From Bugula neritina (Eukaryota; Animalia; Bryozoa), in NCBI GenBank assembly GCA_964035545.1, contig OZ037766.1, positions 12,638,722 through 12,702,721 of the forward strand: 64,000 nt of DNA. The letters run 5' to 3'. How positions within the stretch are numbered: position 1 is the stretch's first letter; each line of letters opens with the position of its first letter. Below are positions 55,204 through 64,000 of this stretch, in pieces. A program made the position numbers and the translations under genes. The notes beneath the pieces were generated by a model. The model was not told the DNA's origin and did not search any database. It was given only the letters and a program-made list of their open reading frames with translations.

Positions 55204-58200
55204 TTTTTTATCAGAATCTCTCTCAGAATCAGCTTGGAATAGAAGCTGCCATCCAGATTGGTCGAATGCTCAAAACAAACCACACCTTACAGTCGTTGTC
55301 ACTTGCAGCTAATGCTTTTGAAGACAACATAGCTGAGCTACTAGCAGAGGCACTTGAGGTATAAACTTCGATAATGCATCCTTTGTTATGACATATTAGT
55401 AACTGAGGGAGACAGTAGTTGAAAAACAAATTATAAAAATATGGGCACTGGCCAAAAATCTTCCTTTTCTTTGATATGCTTACTCTTAGAAGACCATGCA
55501 TGCTGCAATATACTTACAGAGATAATTTCATGGACGAGGCAAAAGCTCACCTGCTAGTAAAGTCTGTTGCCAAGTTGATTAGGATCTTCATTATACACAC
55601 GCATAATAAATATTAATAGAATATTATAATTTCAAATTATGAATATCTTGCATAAAATTATAATCTTTGATATGATGGAGCATAATATTATGGCACATTG
55701 TATTGTACTGTGACACATATCTTTAGCTCATCATGACAGTTACATAATAGCTTCCATTTCTGCTTAAAAACATTTGTGCTAGCCAAAAATTTGAGTAGTT
55801 CATAGCCTCACGCTCAATTGATATCTCCATCAATTTAAAAGATAAGGTACCCTCTCAATACGTTTCATTGTGCAAACTGGTGGGCTTTCTTGGTTTTGAC
55901 ATCATCTTTGGTTATTTTTGAGTCTGACATGTGGCATGTGGGTTGGCAATGCTAATTTTAAAAACCACAAACCAGTTGTTTCATTTTTGAAACTGTCTAA
56001 ACTACACGTAATGCACGAATCTTCTTGGAATTTCAAAATTAAAACTTACTTGCACCATCATGTTTAAACTTTCATCCACTCTTTCCCAAATAGTACTATA
56101 GTTTCATACTCTATTTTATAAAGAAAATATTGAGTTTCCACCAGCAAAAATATTTACTATTCAAAGCTAGTCAAGAAAAAAAGCAGAGTAGAGAAAAGCT
56201 GTAAGCAATTGTAGTGTCTACTGTGTGTTAAGCCTCACTAGGAGAAGGGGTCACAATGACCCAGCTGAATCAAAACTTACCTTTCATAAATAATTCCTGC
56301 AGTCTATAATTCATCCATCAAATTCTTTTACTATACTTAACTTTTGGATTAAATTGTGCAACCTTAGGTGATTATTGCAAAAGTAAATAAATCATTTGCT
56401 CAGTCTTGTATTAATTGTATATCCTAATAGCCACCAGGTGGCTTGGCGTGACACTCATCATGTAGACCATCTCACCTTTGAAATCAAATGTCAATTCAAT
56501 TAAGAGGTCCAGGCAAAGCTTTGAGATTCTATAAAAGAAAATGTAATATATTATTGTGTGACAGTTAATTGAAATTAGTGGTTACATAATTACAGGTTTA
56601 AACTTATGGAAAAGCTGGCTATGAAAAAATAAAAGACTTGTACTAGATGTCCCTGTGCAATATTCTTTTATTAGCCTACATATTGCACTTGATATCGAAA
56701 TATTAATATTGCCTCTCTGCATATCTATCACTTTTAACAACTCCAGAAAAATGCTTTTAAAATGTTTAACCTCTTATTATAACGGAGAGTAACATGTCTT
56801 CCCTTTCATTGATTTCAGAATTGTCTAACCACAGCACTGACAGTAAAACCTTAGCAGCAAATTAATGATAAAGTCGATTCTAAAAAAGAAAATGAATTTC
56901 AATGACGCAGTTTTTTTATCAATTAATCCACAGGAATTTGCTAATGATATTGCTGGTTTCTATTTGTAATAAAGTTTATATGTTACTTAGCAAAAATTTG
57001 CATGTAGCGGGTATAAACTTAATATTGACTTAAAAAGTGGCACCCCAAGTTTAAATGCCAAGAGTAATAATATGTGAGACGAATTCTCAACATAAAAGAA
57101 AACCATCATTCGCTCTGTACATAACTCATTCCAACTTAAGCTGTATCCATTAATGATTTCAGGATTGCAGGTTGAAATTTCTACGACTTAGTAAGAACCA
57201 GTTTGGAGATAGAACTGGGCAAATATTGGGTGGTGTGCTAGCAGCAAATGACTACATTGAAACACTGGATATCAGTTGGAATATGATTCGAGGTATTGGA
57301 GCCACCTCGCTAGCCAAAGGGTTAAAGGTATAAAAGGAATATCTTGTATGATCAGTCTAGATTACGACATATAATTTTCTTGATGAGTGTTGAGAGATAT
57401 AAAACTATGAATTACAGCTCAGACTGCTATAAAACAATGATAAATTTTCCTATTATGAAACTTGCTTGATATTGAAAGAGAGTAGAATAGTAAAAGAATT
57501 GCAAGCTTCTGAAGAGTATATTATCACTTTTCTGCAAAGTTTCCCTAATTTAACTTGCACTTGTTAATAAGTAGCCTATTGTCTTGCATAAAAACTTTTA
57601 TTGGTTATATGCTAGATTTTAAGGATAGGTGCAGTAATGGAGAAAGTGAGAAAAACCTGTGTTCTAGATTAGAAATGTGACATAAGAAGTTATGTTCTCG
57701 TGATAATTTCAGCCTGTACCCTAAACCAAAATTTAATAATAAAATTAAAGAACTTCTCTATCTCAATTTCTCCACTACTAATCCTAAACGAGATTTTAAC
57801 AACTGAGCACACAGACAGTTTAAAAACTTTAAACCAAAATATTTGAACTATAAATTATAGCTGATCTGCTGCAATCTGAATGAGATGGCATATTAACAAT
57901 TATGCATTCTATGTGTATGAACATGATTACAGGAGAACATAAGATTGAGAGTATTGGATCTATCATGGAATGGGTTTGGAGAGAAGGGAGGCATAGCAAT
58001 TGCAGAAGCTCTTTTGGTAAACAGTACATTAGCTGAACTTAATCTGTCAGCTAACCGTCTCAATGACAGCGTGGCAACTAAGTTTGCTAAGGTTATCACA
58101 GTGAATGAAGTGCTGCAAACATTGAAGGTATAAAAAGATACATAGAGTTATAGGTAGATTTTTAAGGCAACTGTTTTGGTCATGAAACATGTTGCTACTG

Positions 58201-61200
58201 CTGTATCAGTTATAATAATTAAGCAGTTTTAGCTATTAATCTAAACATAGTCACTAATTTAGTTATCAGCATGTTATACACAATGGTAGACTGTTTGGGT
58301 GGGAGAGCCAACTATTTTTTTCTTTAGCTATTCTTGTGCCAATTCCTTTCAGTTGTCAAGCCTCAAATTAATTATTAGTGAAACCAGAAGACCACCCTGT
58401 TTCAATTAGATACATCCTTATTTAGATGATAGTTATGTAATGTTGGCCAATCAATAGAACTTGGTAAAAAATTCAATGGCAGTTGATTGTAACAGAAGCA
58501 ATTATTTGCATAGTTTTAATTCAAAACAACTTTTTAGAAGAGGGAATTTCAAAGCAAACCACAAGTTTAAATAACAAACATTAATCACGTACTTTTCTCA
58601 GAGTTTTAACTGTTCACTTCACAACAATAGCTTCTAACATTTTCCAGCACTAAATGAAGATATATAGGATGAATAATCTTTCAACTGTTATAAATAAATA
58701 TGACTATTCTCATTCTAATCACCTTATCTTAACTTTGTTTTTCTATGATGGGCAGATGAATGACAACCCAATGAGTACATCAGGAGCTATAACACTGATC
58801 ACAGCATTATCTAATAACCCTAACAGTACAATTACTAATCTAGAACTGCAGGTTGGTGCATAACTACCTCTTATATAGTTCAAAATGTGCAAATATTCTG
58901 CTAACAAGGGCTATATAACAACTTGTTATCTTGCTAATAGGTTAAAAGGTGTGTTGGTCATCATGGATTCATGATTATTTGGGTCATTCAAGTATTACAT
59001 GCTATAATTGATACAGTGGGCATGAGCACACTGATTTATTCCAAAACAACATTTGGCAAAAATCCTACCTTTCAACTATAAAATATATTTTAATTGCTAA
59101 ATTATAGAACGAATGCCTTCTCTATACGTGACAAAGGCATAGACAAACTGGTTAAATTAATTTCTTAATAAAATATGGATTTTAGGGAATAGCCTATTTT
59201 GCTCCATGAGTTTTATATAATTGAACAGATAATAGATAATTATATGTTACCTGCATAATATATTAATAATACTAGTTAACCAAATGACTGGCCACTGTGT
59301 GAATTTTATACTACGAATATGCATAGATACTATTTTCACAGTTAGGCCTAAAGAGAACTTAAATGTTAATTACTTTGTATTTACATTACATCTTTTGACA
59401 TTATAAGCTTTATAGGTATTAATCAAATTATAACATCTTGAACTGCTTCTAGGGAAATCCAGTTGAATATGAGTTTTTACGTACATTGAAAGAAGTTCAA
59501 GCAGCCAGGACCATAACTGTTTCTTATGGAACTGTATTGAGATCTGGAAATACCACACAAGACCTTGGCAAGCCAGCAGTAGGTGAATGTGGCCCAGTTA
59601 AACCAGTTCTTATTTCAGAGGAGAATCTCATCATAAATAACCGTAAACGACTGCAAGAACTGTTTACTAAGTATTACATAGCATCTACAGAGAAAGGCAT
59701 GTGTAATCCAGCAGAACTTATAGACTGCCTATTGGTAAGTCAAGCTTTCGTATGTTCATGTTTTTACAATATTTACCAGTAAGTTAGTTGTCTTATTAAC
59801 AGGATATATACTATATACAAAGCAAAGTTTTGTGTGCAGCTCTGTATTGACAAAGAAACTTTTTACATATTATATCCACCACCTTTTTTCAAATACCAAT
59901 TATAGCACATGCATCAGGACTTGGTAGTATAAGTGTAGTGCAACAAACTTGTTTGCAAGAATACAACTCTTCAACAAGCTAGCTTTGATAATTTTCATGC
60001 TTTTTGAATTATAGAACATGTTTGGCAAAATATACAGATTGAGTTTTGTAAGTTTCAATTTAATGAAAATTAGCTAAAACAACATTTAACTGTGAGTTAT
60101 TTACGATAGTAACTTCTGTAATTGTTGAAACTATACAAACACTTACCAGTTTGTATAATAGTGACCGCAAAACAAAAGAATTAAATGGAACCATAACTGT
60201 GTAATTAGAGGAGATTCAAAGCCCAAGCTATATATTTTAAAAGCTCGCACTCTGTTCTGGAGACTGTACAGGGTTATATATAAACAATAGTTTAGCAACA
60301 AACTCAAACCCTTGCAACCATAATTTTTAGTTCGAATAATTAGCACTACCTTTGCATGAAGTTTATCATTGGAGAAAAAAAGTAATAGGCCTATTTAAAA
60401 ATTATGGTACTTTTGGATAATGATAATACAGCTACATGCTTGGTTTGAAAATTGGAAGTAAAAATAATTACAATGTTCATACAGCCATCTCTCAGGTCTT
60501 GACAAAAAAGTTATTCTTCCAGTAATTAACCCAAAATTTACCTTAAATTGTAAGTTTTGAGCAAAAAGTGAAACAATGTATTTACTTGTTGACTGTTCGG
60601 GGTGGGGGGGGGGAATTTGATACACTTACTTTTTTATGTAAATAAACACACAAAATTTATTAAGGTGCGTGAAGTGAATTATTACTAAGTAGAAATTGAA
60701 ACATGGAATAACTGGATTTATTGAACTTTGGACTTCTGTATTAATGTACGTAATTTCAAACCATTTCACAATTTTATACTGTAGGTTAAATATTTAACAA
60801 ATTTTTAGTCAATTATCAATTTACAAATGTTGTAGCTAATGTCTCCAGGACTAAACACAAAACAGTTAAATGCTGTAGTACAGGGTATGCCGCGGAATCA
60901 TCATAACCTTATACCTTTGAGGTAAGTTGCGTGGCATAGATTACCTTATTTATTATACCGTCATACCAGATTTCTCAAATATAATTCTATCAATAACTAA
61001 CAACAGATTTGTGTTGCATAGAAATAAATGTAAACAAATCCAAAAATGCAGCTTCAAAAATTTCTATAATTATTGTAGTAGAAGTTGCCTGACCTTGAAT
61101 TCATGTTTTGTCTGTAATTACCAGTGACTAATTATGTTTAATGCTTATAAGTGCTTGTCAGAGCCAACGCTCAAATATTAATGATAGAAACAGAAAGTGA

Positions 61201-61324
61201 AATAATTACACGGTAAGATAGCGCGTCTGCAGTGTATATCTTTGAAACATAACAGTAATTATTCATAACTTGCAGGAATCTATTTGAAGCTAAAGAACAG
61301 AAGCAAAGGCATATGGTAAGCTGA
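49184..61324 (+). CDS. LRRC74: Leucine-rich repeat protein of the LRRC74A/B family (RNI-like LRRs), 12 coding exons, about 557 aa
   Basis: Exons: 49184-49204, 49434-49658, 51801-51930, 54048-54220, 54552-54659, 55215-55358, 57163-57327, 57933-58127, 58756-58851, 59453-59734, 60836-60921, 61276-61324 (1674 nt, in frame). Motifs: EWDTDLE; YSYACDRYGCNPKSYFMRHI...MRHHG; LDLEDNW; LDISWN; LDLSWNGFGEKGGIAIAEAL; NPMSTSGAITLITALSNNPNS. The first and last exons are less certain. Confidence 0.85.
53832..54013 (+). mobile_element. tRNA-derived SINE copy in an LRRC74-like intron
   Basis: CCTAGTAAATACGAGGTCAT...GCCATTGGTTATGTCAGGAAGAGCATCCAGTCATAATTGCTCCTGTGCCAC...CCCTTTCCATTAG...GGGATAGCTACTGTAAAC. Confidence 0.85.
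55158..55199. repeat. (TA)n microsatellite
   Basis: Pure TA run ending about 15 nt before the acceptor at 55214. Confidence 0.95.
57626..57786 (+). mobile_element. ~160-bp MITE with imperfect 26-bp terminal inverted repeats, bounded by TA
   Basis: Left end TAGGTGCAGTAATGGAGAAAGTGAGA versus reverse complement of right end TAGGATTAGTAGTGGAGAAATTGAGA (21/26 identical). Confidence 0.8.
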
Positions 61325-62042
61325 GAGCACTGCAAGTACTGAGGCAGAATTAGGTCCGTTCATGGTAAAATGGTGTCGTTTGTCCGAATTATTTACCGTA
61401 GTAACACTCATGAATATCTATTTGATCATAATAACCATGTAATTTTTTCAACGCATTGTATAGATAGTTTTAAAAACACATTACATGATGTTTTTATAAA
61501 AAAACTTTATTGAGTTTATATACCAAATACATGTTAATTAGCATAAAATAATCAGAGGTTTTAAAATTATTCTATTCTAAACAGTGAAAGTATATTATTT
61601 GTATTTTTGTAAATTATACCAATAAAGATTACCAATAGGGATAACAATGTATGAGGTAGGCACTAAGACCCTCAATACTTTATATATGTAGGCTGACACC
61701 CACTGCTACTAAATCATCATCTATAGGATATGTGAGAGAATGAAGAAATAAAATTTTTTTTAGCACATACTTTTACAGCTAAATCTCATAAAATGGCAAC
61801 TTTAGCACAACATTACTGTATACACTTCATCTTATATTCTAGTTGCCAAGAAAGAATAAAACTCATTAACTACAAAATCATTCCTGTTTATATATACAGA
61901 TAAAATACAAAAAGGTGTTTACAGAGTGAAACTTGCCACAAGCCATGAAGATGAACTGAATGTTTGAATAAGATGTTTCCAGCTTCTGACGAGTTTAAAT
62001 GCTTTGAATAAAGATGTTTGCAATAGCATGAAAGTTTCCATG

Positions 62043-63641
62043 TTAGTAGCTGGGCAAACTGGGTAGCTTCCCTTCTTTTTTCTACAATGATTGAACTAAA
62101 ATTGAATTATTTAAATATAACACGTGCAACATGTACTAAACAATGGAGGTAAATACTCGTATGTACCGCATAATATTCAACAACTGTACTAGGACTAACT
62201 ATATTAAAATTCGAACAAGTTTGAACAACTAAAATCAAGTTTAGAAAATGATGGTTTTTCAATTAATACTGAAAAAAAGGGCAACATAATAGGTCAGCTT
62301 ACTTGTTTTGGTAGTGATGATCTAAAATCACCATCACCAGATGAATAACTCATTGACTAATATAATGCAATCGCCTTGATGGCAAATGTCAAAATAAAAA
62401 CATATGCAGTACGCAAATATCACCCACCAGCTGCAGAACAACATTCGTGTTATCTTGTATAGACTGAAAGTGCTGCTGGTTCGCTTTGTGCTTCTGGGCG
62501 CTTTTTAGCTTTACTTTCTTTCTCTACAGCAGAGAAGGAGTTGCATAATTACATGACTTAATAAAAGTTGAAACTCAAGCTATCAGCCATCTGTGCAGTG
62601 AACCGTTTTGATAGCCAGGTCACTCAGCATGACTCAAACTGCAAGACTATCAATAAAGCTAGCAAAACTGGCGCATATAAAATTTAGAGAAGGACTATTT
62701 AACTACTGACTCAATAGAAAAGAATCAATGACTGTGGCAATAAATTTGAAAGTCAGTGCATTTTCAGTGAATCATTACAGGCTAATAACCTTGACTTCAT
62801 GGCTGACTTATATATTCAGATTTGAATTATATAAATACCAGTAGCAGTGTTTGCAAGCCTAATTAATTGAATATTGAAAATTATTAAAGATTTAATATCT
62901 AGCTTAAACCAGTTTCACATCATTTGAACAATTGCTCAACACTTCAGAGTTATCGCCTCTTGACAGTCTGCCGAAATTCATAAATTAGTTTTATAATAAA
63001 TTCACGTTTTAATTAAGGTTAAATAGCTCATTGACTAAACAAACTTTTAAAAACCTTTCTCAAGCTAAATCATAAGGAAAAATTGTATTTCAACTTTTTA
63101 CAATAACAAATGTAAGAAGCATTTTATACTGACATAATTTGCATATTATGAGTCTTAGCACACAAATATAATATACCTAAGTATTAATGAACTTGTTTTA
63201 AAATGAGTTGATCTACCCACCGTCAGCAACAGCACTTGAATTATATATTATGGCTGCTAATAAATACCAAATCAAAAAAATGAGGTAACATAGACCTTGT
63301 GAACAGCCGTGATCTAGGGGTTAGAGCATTTGCCTAGTAAGCGCAAAGGCCATTGATGATGTTAGGAAGAGCATTCAGTCATAATTACTCCCGTGCCTCC
63401 TCTAAATAAGTCCTTAGCCCGATTAAACAAAAAACCCTTTATATTAGGGATTTTGTGAGCACACATGACTTTATAGGACTTATTCAGTACTCATAATATG
63501 AACAGATATGTTATAACCGCACCTTTCCTTCATCTATTTCCTGTTCGTAACCATCATACCACCCCTCCTTGTAGTTCGGTGTATACATCTCCCTCTCCGT
63601 CTCTATATTCATTTCTGTTTTCTTACCTTCCCAAGTGAGAA
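62043..63641 (-). CDS. Last four exons of an unidentified gene entering from the right edge
   Basis: Exons 63641-63523, 62523-62428, 62356-62303 and 62081-62043 are GT-AG and join in frame: LTWEGKKTEMNIETEREMYTPNYKEGWYDGYEQEIDEGK-RKKVKLKSAQKHKANQQHFQSIQDNTNVVLQL-SMSYSSGDGDFRSSLPKQ-KKEGKLPSLPSY*. No family recognised. Confidence 0.7.
63301..63477 (+). mobile_element. tRNA-derived SINE copy
   Basis: GAACAGCCGTGATCTAGGGGTTAGAGCATTTGCCTAGTAA..AAGGCCATTGATGATGTTAGGAAGAGCATTCAGTCATAATTACTCCCGTGCC. Confidence 0.85.
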
Positions 63642-64000
63642 CTGAAATCAAACATATCTTCATAACCAGAACATAACCAACATACTATTTGAGCAATAAC
63701 TTAAAAACCTCACTTGTAAGTTATTAAAATCATCTCCTCCACAACATAAACAAATCCATTAGTAAATATGATACACTGACCAGATTTAATATTTTCAAGT
63801 CAAGACAGTAAAAAATTTCGAAATAAAATTTTTATACTGTACACAGTCTTTCTTAAATAGACAAAATGTGTACACAATACATATATTACTATAACAGAAA
63901 TATTCTGTCTTGTATGCATTTTGTGTTTAATATAATTTGATTCACTCTATTCTGTTGAACAGCATGTGCTCAACGACTTCACTAGCATTTGTTAAACCTA

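Noticed and set aside
55359-58133. Three consecutive AG|GTATAA donors in the LRRC74-like gene
   Set aside because: Within normal GT donor variation; no U12 signature and no wider intron similarity.

Overview
AT-rich, CpG-poor animal (invertebrate) genomic DNA with GT-AG spliced genes. It is not prokaryotic, so most entries in the ORF track are exon fragments or noise. I assembled exons by hand from splice sites and reading-frame phase. Left to right: 5' part of HDDC2 (-), an intact tRNA-Asp(GTC) (-), MRPS28 (+, 3 exons), a 2-exon secreted prepropeptide with a 6-Cys eclosion-hormone-like mature peptide (-), a 16-exon cGMP-dependent protein kinase with PKG II-like features (-), about 15 kb of non-coding DNA ending in a CpG-enriched probable divergent promoter, a 12-exon LRRC74-like gene (+), and the last 4 exons of an unidentified convergent gene (-). 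Repeats include a tRNA-Thr-derived SINE family (5 copies), a ~160-bp MITE family (3 copies), a 26-bp minisatellite and microsatellites. The most interesting item is the EH-like neuropeptide gene. The ORF track shows only its second exon, it has a perfect CRE upstream, and it lies directly downstream of a PKG gene on the same strand; insect EH signals through cGMP. Family assignments come from recalled motifs, not database searches.
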